Notes: generated from the sequence alone by a model not told the origin. DNA of 30,545 nucleotides from Methylococcaceae bacterium (GCA_005772825.1 SXIP01000291.1:1-30545); one strand, 5' to 3'. Shown: positions 16,803 through 26,374, numbered from the stretch's first letter. Made by a program: numbers and translations.

Positions 16803-17522
16803 TTAATGGGCTTTGATGACGCTGTCGACCGTTAAAGTTTTATCTACTCGGCTATTTTCTTCCGCTCTGACCTGAACAATCTGCTGAATTTTACCCAAGC
16901 GCCAATACCAGAAAATCAATTGATAGCTGCCGGGGTCAAGATTGCCGAATTGGTAGCTGTCGCCGCTGGACACCCGTTTCGCCAGCATGTTTTTTTTTGC
17001 GAACAACAGTGTTTTAAGGTTCTCGTTATCTTCGGATAACAGCTCCAGATCGCCTTCCAGGTCAATTTTATAGTTTGCCGTAGCTCCGGCTTCAAGAGTG
17101 GGGAAAGTTTGAATACCCTCTCCGGTGTCTGCTGTTTCAGCTATGTAGAAACGTTGGCTTTGCGTGCTGTTGTTGTGAAGCTGTAGGGTATCACCCACCG
17201 CCAGGGCGAGGGAATGGCTCGACATACCTTCGGAGGTCGCAGTCAGTTGATGTTGTTGAGGGGATAAGTTGGGCTGGATCAGGCCGACATACAGTTCATC
17301 AAGCTGGTGGTAATCGACCATATTATCGCGATATTTAGCGTCGTTCGCCTGCGTGTCGCCATAAACGGAGCCGGAACCCTGATTACTTTCCAGCTTTTTG
17401 TTAAAGGCAGGGTGGGAGTCGGCGGACAACCTGCCGTAAATCCCGCCTTTGCCCGGTATCACATCAGGTGCATTGGCGCAGGACGTCAGCATGAGAACAG
17501 CCAATAAAAATAAGTGATTCAT
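16803..17522 (-). CDS. Lipoprotein, hypothetical (239 aa)
   Basis: Signal peptide with lipobox LLAVLMLTSC. Its ATG overlaps the stop of the upstream gene (ATGA), which implies an operon. Confidence 0.6.
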   Translation of the reverse strand: MNHLFLLAVLMLTSCANAPDVIPGKGGIYGRLSADSHPAFNKKLESNQGSGSVYGDTQANDAKYRDNMVDYHQLDELYVGLIQPNLSPQQHQLTATSEGMSSHSLALAVGDTLQLHNNSTQSQRFYIAETADTGEGIQTFPTLEAGATANYKIDLEGDLELLSEDNENLKTLLFAKKNMLAKRVSSGDSYQFGNLDPGSYQLIFWYWRLGKIQQIVQVRAEENSRVDKTLTVDSVIKAH

Positions 17523-18124
17523 TTTTTTATTATTTTTAAAGTCAGGTTAGTAACAGGCGCTTTGCCGATGCTTAACTTGAGCGCTTCGGCCTTATAACGC
17601 AAATGCAAAACAACGGCGTTTAAAATCCAGTTGCCTTCCGGCACATTGTCGATCAGGAAATCGCCGGGGCGGTCCAAGGTCTGAAAATGCCGGTTCGGTA
17701 GAATGATGATCCTGCCTTCCATCGTCTTGTGAACCGAGCAGTAATAATTAACAATTCCTGTGTTTTTAAAGGTTTGCTCCAATATGGAACCTTTTTCTCC
17801 GAGACCTAAATCAAAGCTCGCTACCGGGCTCAATGAAAAAATGTTATGGTCGATTTCCTTGCTTTCATCGTTGCTCCATTGCACTTTGTCCCCGGCAGAT
17901 ATAACGGTTAACGGTGCATGAAACGCCGTTTCCTTTTGCGAAACTTTATGTACCTGTTGCGATTGGACGGATTTGACGGCGCCCTCCGCTTGTAGGTAAA
18001 CAACCACTTGCTTCACTTGCTGAGGCGCGTCAATATGCCCTGCAATAGATTGAGCGGCCAGGGAGGGTGACATTGAAAAATAAGCCAAACCGGCCAGTAA
18101 AAAATATAAACAGCGTTTCTTCAT
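17519..18124 (-). CDS. Periplasmic cupredoxin-like protein, a putative type-1 copper-site protein (201 aa)
   Basis: Signal peptide, then the C-terminal motif YYCSVHKTMEG (C-x2-H-x2-M). Upstream residues such as SISAGDKVQW resemble plastocyanin/azurin-type ligand sets. The fold is assigned from the motif only. Confidence 0.5.
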   Translation of the reverse strand: MKKRCLYFLLAGLAYFSMSPSLAAQSIAGHIDAPQQVKQVVVYLQAEGAVKSVQSQQVHKVSQKETAFHAPLTVISAGDKVQWSNDESKEIDHNIFSLSPVASFDLGLGEKGSILEQTFKNTGIVNYYCSVHKTMEGRIIILPNRHFQTLDRPGDFLIDNVPEGNWILNAVVLHLRYKAEALKLSIGKAPVTNLTLKIIKK

Positions 18125-18165
18125 CGGGGTGTTATTCTGGTTAAGTCAGTCCATGAGCTTATCTT

Positions 18166-20055
18166 ATGAACCTTAATAAAAAGATATTTATTACCTTCTT
18201 TATCTCAGTGACGGGTTTATTATGCACCACTCTGTATCTAATTGAAACGCAAGCCGAACAACATGAAATAGAACGTATCGTCGCCGCTTTGGATAGTGCG
18301 CAAGCCCGGTTTCAGCAGGATTTGGAGGTTAAACAAAAACAGATTCGGACGCTGACCCATGTAATTACCGCCGATCAAAAATTCCGTTCTTTTTTAGCGC
18401 AAATCAAAGACAATTTTTATCCCTTTGTTGAAGAGATCGGCAAAGATACCGAAGCCGATTTTGTTTATATGCTCGATGACGAATCGGCTGTCAGGGCTGT
18501 TTATGCGAAAAACGACATTGGCAAACCGCCTCTGGAAAACGATTTTTCAAGCATTGACGTCCAGGGCAGCCTGGATTCGGGATTAATGTCGTCGCAAATG
18601 GTCAGCCTTAATGACGGTTTATACAGCAACCATTTAATTCCATTGAAAGAAAACCTGAACGATGATTATGCGGTCGGCTTGATTATCGTCTGTAATCAGA
18701 TCAATGACGGCTGGATAGCCAAATTACTGACGCAAGATCATAGTCTTCTGGCGGTATTTTTTAATGGGGAGCAAATAGTCGCCAAAAATACCGCCCCGGA
18801 TATGGCCGCCGCTATTTTGGGCCGCCAACAAGACATTTTGAATAACGGAAGGTTTAGCTGGAACAACGAGCGCTATATCGCCAAACAAGTATTGTTCGAT
18901 ACACAGGGTCGACAGGCCGGTTATATACTCGGCGCGAACCTGGATCAGGCGTTACGTGCTTTTAAACAATTGCAGCAACAGGTTTTAATGACGGGGGGCG
19001 GTATTCTCTGTCTCGGCGCATTGTTGTTTATGTTGATTTCGCAGCGCATCACCCGGCCGTTACGCTTGATCACTAAAGGCACCTTGGAAATAAAGCAAGG
19101 TAATTACCGGCACCGCATCAAGTATCGAAATTCCGATGAGGTCGGACAATTAGCCGATGCGTTTAATATCATGGCCGGTGGTTTGCAGGAAAAAGAGCTG
19201 ATTCGCAGCACCTTTAATAAATATGTCGATCCCGTTATTGTCAGCGAATTGCTCAGCCAACCGGATAAATTAAGGCTTGGCGGCGAACGAAAAGAGCAGG
19301 CGGTGTTATTCAGCGATATCGCCGGATTTACCGATTTCAGCGAAAAGTTGCCCGCCGAGGCGCTGATTAAAATTCTCAATGACTATCTATCGGCGATGAC
19401 AGTCGAAATCAGTCGGCAAAACGGTATCCTGGATAAATTTATCGGCGACGCCATCATGGCCTTCTGGAGTCCTGAACTTTGCAACGGCGGGCATGCGCTT
19501 TACGCGTGCCGGTCCGCGCTGGCCATGCAGCAAAAATTGCGGCAATTGCGCCCGCTCTGGGTCGCAAGCGGAGCGCCGGAAATTCATGTTCGCATCGGTA
19601 TTGCGACCGGTGAAATGATTGTCGGCAATATCGGCTCGGAGCAGGCGCGCAGTTATACCTGTATCGGTGACAAGGTCAATTACAGTTCCCGTCTTGAAGG
19701 CCTGAATAAGTACTATGGAACTCAGATCATGATCGACCGGCAAACGGCGACTGAAATAACCGGCTTTGTTATCAGGGAACTCGATACAGTACGCGTGAAA
19801 GGCAGGGAAGCGGGCGAGAGCATTTACGAATTACTCGGAGAAGCGGGTACAGTCGATGACGCGCTGCTGGAAAAAATCAACCGCTATCAACAGGCGCTGG
19901 CATTATACAGGAAGGCTGACTTTAGCAATGCGGCGCAGATTTTTTCATCGTTGAACGGTGATGCGCCCAGCCGCACGATGTTAAAACGATGTATTCATCT
20001 GCAACAACACACACCTGAAAACTGGGACGGTGTCCATTCGATGCAGGATAAATAA
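18166..20055 (+). CDS. Membrane-anchored class III adenylate/guanylate cyclase with a periplasmic sensor domain, TM, HAMP and CHD (629 aa)
   Basis: HAMP (…ITRPLRLITKGTLEIKQGNY…DEVGQLADAFNIMAGGL). CHD motifs are AVLFSDIAGFTDFSE, FIGDAIMAFW and VRIGIATGEMIVGNIGS. Confidence 0.9.
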   Translation: MNLNKKIFITFFISVTGLLCTTLYLIETQAEQHEIERIVAALDSAQARFQQDLEVKQKQIRTLTHVITADQKFRSFLAQIKDNFYPFVEEIGKDTEADFVYMLDDESAVRAVYAKNDIGKPPLENDFSSIDVQGSLDSGLMSSQMVSLNDGLYSNHLIPLKENLNDDYAVGLIIVCNQINDGWIAKLLTQDHSLLAVFFNGEQIVAKNTAPDMAAAILGRQQDILNNGRFSWNNERYIAKQVLFDTQGRQAGYILGANLDQALRAFKQLQQQVLMTGGGILCLGALLFMLISQRITRPLRLITKGTLEIKQGNYRHRIKYRNSDEVGQLADAFNIMAGGLQEKELIRSTFNKYVDPVIVSELLSQPDKLRLGGERKEQAVLFSDIAGFTDFSEKLPAEALIKILNDYLSAMTVEISRQNGILDKFIGDAIMAFWSPELCNGGHALYACRSALAMQQKLRQLRPLWVASGAPEIHVRIGIATGEMIVGNIGSEQARSYTCIGDKVNYSSRLEGLNKYYGTQIMIDRQTATEITGFVIRELDTVRVKGREAGESIYELLGEAGTVDDALLEKINRYQQALALYRKADFSNAAQIFSSLNGDAPSRTMLKRCIHLQQHTPENWDGVHSMQDK

Positions 20056-20102
20056 GTCATCTCAAGCAGGTACCAGGTTGATTCCATAAGATTTTTGATC
20101 AT

Positions 20103-20462
20103 CTATGTCAAAAACCTGTATCGGATAACTAATGTGCCGGAATTTATGTTTACAGGTTTGTAGCGAATTTCTGCTTGATCGGCATACCAGTCGCCGCTCC
20201 ATTCAAAATCTACGACATCCTTGAGTGCTTGGGTTTTATAAGGTTCGCCATTTAATATCAGGGAGATGCTTGCCTCTCCGTCCAAATTTCCGCTTCCTGA
20301 AATATGGATGCTGTAAACGTATCCGGGCTTGTGCGTATTTTTCAGGATGATTGTTTGTTCCTTATGGACATCGGCGACTTGAACAGAATCATCGTAATTC
20401 GCACACGCGGTCACGAGTAACGAAAAAACGATGGTTCCAATATACAGCGTAGCTTTTCGCAT
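20103..20462 (-). CDS. Small lipoprotein, hypothetical (119 aa)
   Basis: Signal peptide plus lipobox LLVTAC. Convergent with the cyclase gene. Confidence 0.5.
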   Translation of the reverse strand: MRKATLYIGTIVFSLLVTACANYDDSVQVADVHKEQTIILKNTHKPGYVYSIHISGSGNLDGEASISLILNGEPYKTQALKDVVDFEWSGDWYADQAEIRYKPVNINSGTLVIRYRFLT

Positions 20463-20491
20463 CTAATCAGCTATTTTAAAGACTCGGACCT

Positions 20492-22147
20492 TTAGTGTGT
20501 CAACGGATGTGTCGTCAAACTGCCGCGTCCGTCTTCGGTGATTTCATCGTCGCTGATTTTGAAATTACCCAATTTCATAGTCAGGTAGCGGTCGAAATAA
20601 TCTTTCAGGCCTTTTTCTACGGAAGGGTCAAAATCGGGTTTGACAATGTGGGTGGTGCCCCATTTGGTGTGTACCACCTTGCCGTCAACCACGACCAGCT
20701 CGCCGTCTTTAAAGACATAATCCGGCTTTTCAAACATACGCTGGCGGTCGGCGTTGTCGGTGTAAACGGTAATATCCGCCCAGTTTCCGGCGCTTAAACC
20801 GCCACGATCTTTCAGTCCGATCAATTTGGCTGCGCCGGCGCGGGTCATGATGGCGATTTCCTGTAGCGTGTATTCGCGGGTTATCGATGCCAATGTGGTC
20901 ATTTTTTGTGCTTCGGGATGAATGGTCGATAACACGTCATTACGGAAACTTCTGTCCATCAACAAGCGTATCAAATGCGGATAGCTGGTGAAAGGGGCGC
21001 CGTTGGGATGATCGGTGGTCAGGAAAATCCGCCACGGGTCATTGACCAGCAGGAAAGTTTCCAGGCCGATTGCCCATTGCAATGCATTGACGAAATTTTG
21101 ATCTTTATATTTGAACGGCACCACACCGCAACCGGCGTCGCATTCAATATCCATTGTCACCCATTTGTTCGGGCTTGCGTGTTTATGGTTGGCGTGCTGG
21201 CGCATGTTGTCGCCCGATGCGGTGACGGTTTGCCCGAACAGGATTTGCCCGACATCGATAGTGATGTTTTTATTGTTGTTGACAGCTTCCGCTATTTGCG
21301 CCGCACCGGACGAGAATTTGAAATCGCCCTCGGTGCCGTAGCTGTGGAATTGGATATGGGTCAAGTGCATGGGCAAACCGCCGATACCCTGGATGGTGTC
21401 CAGTGTGGTTTGCACATTGCCGGGCACGCCCAGGTTACAGCCGTGTACATGCAGAGGATGCGCCACGCCGATTTCTTTAACGGCGGTTGCCAGCACTTGC
21501 AGAATCTCTCGCGGAGTTACGCCGTAATGGCTGTTTTGTTCGTCCAGATCGAGCTTGCGCTGGTTGAATTTGAACGCATTAATGCCGCCGGGATTGACGA
21601 CTTTAACGCCTATTGCTTTAGCGGCTTGCATGGTCCAGGCGACATAATCGTTAATGGCTTTCTGGTCTTTTTTAGCCGTCAGCATGCGCAGCAGATAATC
21701 ATCACTGCCGAGCATGACATAACCGCCTTTATCCAGGATCGGAATATCGCCCATTTCCATGTGCGCCTGGCGGGCGTTGATAGGCAATAGCGCGGGTTCA
21801 AAACCGGCGGTATAACCCATTTCTGCATAACGATAGCCGGTTACAAAGGTGCTCGGCATGGCATGACCGCAACCGGATCGACAGATATGGGTGCTGGCGA
21901 CCGGGTCTTGTCTATGGTCTTCCGGCAACAGGGTGCGGGCAATATTACCTTTGCCGCCGCCGATATGCGTGTGCATGTCGATAGCACCGGACATCACGAC
22001 TTTGCCTTTCAGGTCATATTCCTTATCGGGTTTGGCATCGGTGGGCGGGTTGATGATGCGTCCGTCCTGGATGTAAAGGTCTTGCTGAATGCCTGCAATG
22101 CCTGCGGCGGGGTCGTAGATAGTGCCGCCTGTGAGTTTGATTAACAT
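20492..22147 (-). CDS. fhcA: Formylmethanofuran dehydrogenase subunit A-like amidohydrolase (FhcA/FwdA family), 551 aa
   Basis: Size and motifs fit (MLIKLTGGTIYDP…GAIDMHTHIGGGKGN…, the metal-binding HxH of the amidohydrolase superfamily). Family call by recognition. Confidence 0.75.
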   Translation of the reverse strand: MLIKLTGGTIYDPAAGIAGIQQDLYIQDGRIINPPTDAKPDKEYDLKGKVVMSGAIDMHTHIGGGKGNIARTLLPEDHRQDPVASTHICRSGCGHAMPSTFVTGYRYAEMGYTAGFEPALLPINARQAHMEMGDIPILDKGGYVMLGSDDYLLRMLTAKKDQKAINDYVAWTMQAAKAIGVKVVNPGGINAFKFNQRKLDLDEQNSHYGVTPREILQVLATAVKEIGVAHPLHVHGCNLGVPGNVQTTLDTIQGIGGLPMHLTHIQFHSYGTEGDFKFSSGAAQIAEAVNNNKNITIDVGQILFGQTVTASGDNMRQHANHKHASPNKWVTMDIECDAGCGVVPFKYKDQNFVNALQWAIGLETFLLVNDPWRIFLTTDHPNGAPFTSYPHLIRLLMDRSFRNDVLSTIHPEAQKMTTLASITREYTLQEIAIMTRAGAAKLIGLKDRGGLSAGNWADITVYTDNADRQRMFEKPDYVFKDGELVVVDGKVVHTKWGTTHIVKPDFDPSVEKGLKDYFDRYLTMKLGNFKISDDEITEDGRGSLTTHPLTH

Positions 22148-22253
22148 GGGGTTTCCTTAAAAACGGGTTTTATTATTTTGTGTATTAGTCAACTAACTCA
22201 GATGAAAAATAGGGTAATCTCTATACTGAGGAGGTGTATTTGATTTAACATTT

Positions 22254-23516
22254 TTACCTATTAAATTTTGATAAATATCTTGAAAAAACCCATCCTTGCT
22301 TGAATTCATTTGTATCAGAGTCTTGATATTCTATTAAACACCAACTTCTTTTTTTATCTATAACCTTAACTATTTTCCCAATATATAATTCATCAATGAT
22401 TTCTGCCTTAGTGCTTTCATAATTTCGCACAAATAAAATTTTTGTAGCAACAAAATGATGATCTAGTAAAAATTGAGAATTGTAATTTTCATTCGCCCTC
22501 GAAATAATTTCATTTTTTACTTCTCTTGTACTTAGGTTAGGAAATTGATTCCATTGCTCTTCCCAATATGAGGTGGTTACGTTTGCAAAAATTGCTATGA
22601 AGTAAGGGATAAATAAATAGATTAGTACAGCTTTTATAATTGGATTGCTTAAGTTTTTGAGTTGCTCTATAAAACCATTTATAGCATCAATATAAGATTC
22701 GCAATTAATAGAAAAATCATTGATGTATTCAATGATTTCTTCTTGGCTTACTGACTCATTGCCGACAGAAAAAGTACCATCCTCATTGATGTGAACATTA
22801 GCAACTAACTCTGTATGATTTTGAGCGAGACCCTGGAATTCAAGTGTGCTTTCGAATATTTTTCTTAGTCCCAACATATTATCTAAGGGATAAGCTTCAT
22901 AACTTTTCATTTGCTCTTGAAGTCGGGAAATTGGGCTAACTGGTTGGGACAACTCGTGTAGCTTCTTCGCTTGACCTAAAATGCCGCCCATAAAATTGGC
23001 TTCATAATTTTTCATTTGCTCTTGAAGTTGGGAAATTGGGCTAACTGGTTGGGACAACTCGTGTAGCTTCTTCGCTTGACCTAAGATGCCGCCCATAAAA
23101 TTGGCTTCATAACTTTTCATTTGCTCTTGAAGTCGGGAAATTGGGCTAACTGGTTGGGACAACTCGTGTAGCTTCTTCGCTTGACCTAAAATGCCGCCCA
23201 TAAAATTGGCTTCATAATTTTTCATTTGATCTTGAAGTCGGGAAATCGAGCTAACTGGTTGGGTTATCTCGCATAGCTTTTTCAATTGCTCTTGGGTCTT
23301 TAGCAATGGATTTGTATCAAAAAGATTCTTAATTTGCCCTTGCGATTTCATAATTTCAAGCATTTGGTCAAAAGAATCCCTTTTGTCTTTCTGCAATAAC
23401 TCTATTTCTAATTGAGTCAGCATCCTTTTTTGAATTGATGATATAGCGAGCTTCTGACTCGGTAAGGCTGTCGAATCCGTAGCCAAAGAAGTCAATCCAC
23501 CAAGGTTCGAGTTCAT
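22254..23516 (-). CDS. Hypothetical membrane protein with four 35-aa tandem repeats and a C-terminal SH3-like domain. The real start is probably the internal ATG at about 23363, since the track start overlaps the upstream gene by 149 nt.
   Basis: The repeat LHELSQPVSPISRLQEQMKSYEANFMGGILGQAKK occurs three times, plus one degenerate copy. A TM helix IIKAVLIYLFIPYFIAIF follows. The tail is GKIVKVIDKKRSWCLIEYQDSDTNEFKQGWVFSRYL. The DNA is AT-rich. Confidence 0.6.
   Translation of the reverse strand: MNSNLGGLTSLATDSTALPSQKLAISSIQKRMLTQLEIELLQKDKRDSFDQMLEIMKSQGQIKNLFDTNPLLKTQEQLKKLCEITQPVSSISRLQDQMKNYEANFMGGILGQAKKLHELSQPVSPISRLQEQMKSYEANFMGGILGQAKKLHELSQPVSPISQLQEQMKNYEANFMGGILGQAKKLHELSQPVSPISRLQEQMKSYEAYPLDNMLGLRKIFESTLEFQGLAQNHTELVANVHINEDGTFSVGNESVSQEEIIEYINDFSINCESYIDAINGFIEQLKNLSNPIIKAVLIYLFIPYFIAIFANVTTSYWEEQWNQFPNLSTREVKNEIISRANENYNSQFLLDHHFVATKILFVRNYESTKAEIIDELYIGKIVKVIDKKRSWCLIEYQDSDTNEFKQGWVFSRYLSKFNR
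22893..23312. repeat. Four tandem copies of a 105-bp repeat. The first three are near-identical.
   Basis: Period 105 measured from the ggcttcat anchors at 22894, 22999, 23104 and 23209. The repeat is coding, so it is not CRISPR. Confidence 0.85.
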
Positions 23517-24108
23517 TATAGTTGCCTCTTAAGTTCGTTAGCGCATCTGTTGAAATAGCCAAAACAGATGAATAATTTTTGCCTGTTAAGGTAGTTGCCA
23601 ATAGAGTGTTTATACCAAATTGCCCGATATAACCTTTCAAATTAGCTAAGGTCCCACCTTGCGTTAAAGTGTCATCAAGAATGATGGCATCATCTGCTTT
23701 GCTACTCGGTATTCCAGCAAAGGGTGGCGGAAACGCTAATCTGGAAAATCCGTCTGTCCCCGTTCGGCTCACTTTAGCCGCTTGTACAATATTTAATTCA
23801 ATGGTCAAATTAAGTTTAGCGGCAATCACCAGCGCATAAGCTAACGGAATTCGGTTAATGCTAATGGCTTCTTCTGCATGAACAGGAATAAGTAACGGTT
23901 TTTTATCGCCTATCAAGTCTGCAATTTTTTGAATGGCAGCATCATTCACTAAATCACTGGCAAGTGTTAATGCTGCTTCAATTCCACCTGCTTTTGCTGC
24001 TTCATAACTAGGATGGTTTTTAGCAGAACCCATTGCAGCCTGTAATATAACGGATGGAAAATTCTTTTCCCATACTTGGCGATACGGTGCAATGGGTTTA
24101 TTAGGCAT
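23368..24108 (-). CDS. Phosphoribosyltransferase (PRTase type I)-like domain protein (247 aa from the ATG at 24108; the track start at 24150 is TTG)
   Basis: PRPP-binding-like motif DDAIILDDTLTQGGTL. AT-rich. Confidence 0.5.
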   Translation of the reverse strand: MPNKPIAPYRQVWEKNFPSVILQAAMGSAKNHPSYEAAKAGGIEAALTLASDLVNDAAIQKIADLIGDKKPLLIPVHAEEAISINRIPLAYALVIAAKLNLTIELNIVQAAKVSRTGTDGFSRLAFPPPFAGIPSSKADDAIILDDTLTQGGTLANLKGYIGQFGINTLLATTLTGKNYSSVLAISTDALTNLRGNYNELEPWWIDFFGYGFDSLTESEARYIINSKKDADSIRNRVIAERQKGFF

Positions 24109-24209
24109 TTTGGATTTTTGTTTAAATTTAATATTCTGCCTAACTATCAAAAGCTAATCCGAATTACCTAACCTAATTCCATCACTAAGCATATCCCAGG
24201 ATGGGGGTA

Positions 24210-24395
24210 TCAAGTCTTATAATGGTTCAATAAAGTTGCAGGATCAAAATTGGCCGGCACAGCGGGCCGGGTGCTTTTTAACTGACCAAACCCCATTGGG
24301 ATTTGCATCTTACAGTCTGCGTGGATGCCTAGCTGCTTACCGATGGTTTGGGGTGGGCTGGCTTGAGTTTTGCCGCTGACAGATTTATTTTGCAT
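24210..24395 (-). CDS. Small hypothetical protein (61 aa)
   Basis: Good AGGAAA Shine-Dalgarno 4 nt upstream of the ATG. No homology is recognisable. Confidence 0.3.
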   Translation of the reverse strand: MQNKSVSGKTQASPPQTIGKQLGIHADCKMQIPMGFGQLKSTRPAVPANFDPATLLNHYKT

Positions 24396-24452
24396 GGACT
24401 TTCCTGTTTGGTAGCAAATTAGTTTTTCAAAAATTTTGTAGGCTTATCAAGC

Positions 24453-25070
24453 TCAATCCTCCGCCCAAGTATCAAAAATCTCATTCACGTTCATTTCCAA
24501 CTCCGGAAACAAATACGGCACTGCAATATCATCGTTGGTGTACATGTGTTTCAATTCATATTTTTGCTGAGCATTCAATATGAATTGGTGAATGGTTTGA
24601 TACGCTGGAAAAACCAGCCAATATTCCGTTACACCGCTTTCTTGATAGAGCTCGTATTTGATATGGACTTCCCGTTTGGAATTCCCTTTGGAGAGTATTT
24701 CAATAATCCAATCGGGTGCGCCGTTGCAGCCTTGTTTATCGAGCTTTTCTTCCGGCTGACAAATGACGCATAAATCCGGTTGTACGACAGTTTGTATTTC
24801 TTGACTTTTTAAAATGGATTTTTTACGGTCATATAGTCGGACATCAAAAGGCGCGGCATAAACGCGGCATTTTTTGTGTTTAAAAAAAACTGATAAATAG
24901 CCCATTAAATTAGTGGATATGTCTTGATGCCTGACGTTGGGCGCAGGCGACATAACCATGACCTTGCCCTTGATTAATTCCACGGCTTCTTTTATTTGCC
25001 ACGTCAAATAATCGGCATAACTGTAACTTTGATTTAAATCCAGTTGACTCAGATCAAGGATTTTGGGCAT
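24453..25070 (-). CDS. Uma2-family (DUF820) putative restriction-endonuclease-like protein, 205 aa
   Basis: Family-typical features: YSYADYLTW near the N-terminus, acidic catalytic core …PDLCVI…APDWIIEILS…, and C-terminal EYWLV. A GAGGA Shine-Dalgarno lies 5 nt upstream. The gene starts 35 nt after the fhcB-like stop. Confidence 0.7.
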   Translation of the reverse strand: MPKILDLSQLDLNQSYSYADYLTWQIKEAVELIKGKVMVMSPAPNVRHQDISTNLMGYLSVFFKHKKCRVYAAPFDVRLYDRKKSILKSQEIQTVVQPDLCVICQPEEKLDKQGCNGAPDWIIEILSKGNSKREVHIKYELYQESGVTEYWLVFPAYQTIHQFILNAQQKYELKHMYTNDDIAVPYLFPELEMNVNEIFDTWAED

Positions 25071-25105
25071 AAGGTCCTCAATTTTGCAGGTAGGGTTACG
25101 TATCG

Positions 25106-26374
25106 CTAACTCAACCTACATTGTTGTTCTATTGCATTTAACACGTCCGCCGTACTCGGTAGACCTGAGTCGCGTAATTTTTTCAAGCGGATGGCGACGA
25201 CGTTATCCATGCGATAGGCCAAACCGGCATGGTCGATACCGGGGGTGCCGACTGGAATAAATACATCGGGCTCTTTGGCAAATGTCATCCCGGAACGGCC
25301 GATGACAACAGTCGGCACACTGGTTAAGGGCGGTACTGATTTGGCATTAAACGCCTGCACCCAAACCAGGGCATCGGCTTCGTTATTTGCCAGCAGGAAA
25401 TTGCTGTCATTCAGGAAAGGATCGTATTCGGGATAGCCGCGACTGAAACGGGTGCGTGCCGGATAACCGCTCGTCCAGCCGCAGACTTGGTTAGCCGTCT
25501 GATCGCCTTCTTTGCCCGCTAACGGCAGGCCGGAACAACGGGTGTTTTGATCATTGATGTCTTTTATCATTTCCGAGAAGGTCTGCACCGTTAGTTCAGC
25601 TTGGGCGTAAGCGAGCGCGCCTGCGGCCCAGGTGACTACACCATATTTCGCGGCTTTTAATTTATCGGCAATCGCCTGTAAATCAGCGACAGCAATGCCG
25701 CAGACCGACGTTGCTCGTATCGGTTGGTTTTTCACCAGGGCTCTTAATACGGTGACCACATCAGGCAAATCTTCGGTTGCACAGGCGAACACTTGTGCTT
25801 TTTGACCGTTAGGTGATGTCGATGCATTGCCGGAAGGCGCTTTGCCTAAATAAATGACTTCACGGTTAGCGGTGTCATCGAGAAACATCGCTTCTTTATT
25901 CCAGAGATAGCGCTCAAAAAAGCGCGGCGCAAAGGCTTCCAGATCGGTGCCGATAACCAGCAACAAATCACAGCGGTTTTTAACTTCCGCCAGCGTGGTA
26001 TTCATCCACCCGGAATCCTGCAAGGCCAGGAAATTATTGCGCGCACCGCTAAAATTGATATTATCGATGACGGCGCCGGATCGATCCGCCAGGGCTAGTA
26101 ATGCCCGCATGCCGTTGACATCGGTTGCACAGCCGCCGATCACCGGCAGTCTGGTGTCTTTTAATAGGGCGGCGGCAGCGGCTATCGCGGTATCCAGATC
26201 AACTTCTTTGCCATCGACCCTGGGGCTGGTGTCGGTAATGGCTTGCTCAAATGCCGGTGTGTTGACCGCGCAGCCGTTTTCAATCACTTTAAGCGATACG
26301 CCATCGACCCTGATGGTTAGATCATCCGTGCCTATACCGCAAAAAGGACTGGGTACTTCAGTAATTTCAGTCAT
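25106..26374 (-). CDS. fhcB: Formylmethanofuran dehydrogenase subunit B-like protein (FhcB/FwdB family), 422 aa
   Basis: N-terminus MTEITEVPSPFCGIGTDDL… and overall length fit FwdB/FhcB. Family call by recognition and less certain than fhcA. Confidence 0.65.
   Translation of the reverse strand: MTEITEVPSPFCGIGTDDLTIRVDGVSLKVIENGCAVNTPAFEQAITDTSPRVDGKEVDLDTAIAAAAALLKDTRLPVIGGCATDVNGMRALLALADRSGAVIDNINFSGARNNFLALQDSGWMNTTLAEVKNRCDLLLVIGTDLEAFAPRFFERYLWNKEAMFLDDTANREVIYLGKAPSGNASTSPNGQKAQVFACATEDLPDVVTVLRALVKNQPIRATSVCGIAVADLQAIADKLKAAKYGVVTWAAGALAYAQAELTVQTFSEMIKDINDQNTRCSGLPLAGKEGDQTANQVCGWTSGYPARTRFSRGYPEYDPFLNDSNFLLANNEADALVWVQAFNAKSVPPLTSVPTVVIGRSGMTFAKEPDVFIPVGTPGIDHAGLAYRMDNVVAIRLKKLRDSGLPSTADVLNAIEQQCRLS

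Noticed and set aside
20975-21790. 271-aa plus-strand ORF
   Set aside because: It lies entirely antisense within the well-supported FhcA/FwdA-like gene. The same applies to 21111..21341, 21863..22144 and 20495..20797.
22893-23312. Regular repeat array considered as a possible CRISPR
   Set aside because: The units are 105 bp and contiguous with no unique spacers. They lie in frame inside an ORF and translate to 35-aa protein repeats.
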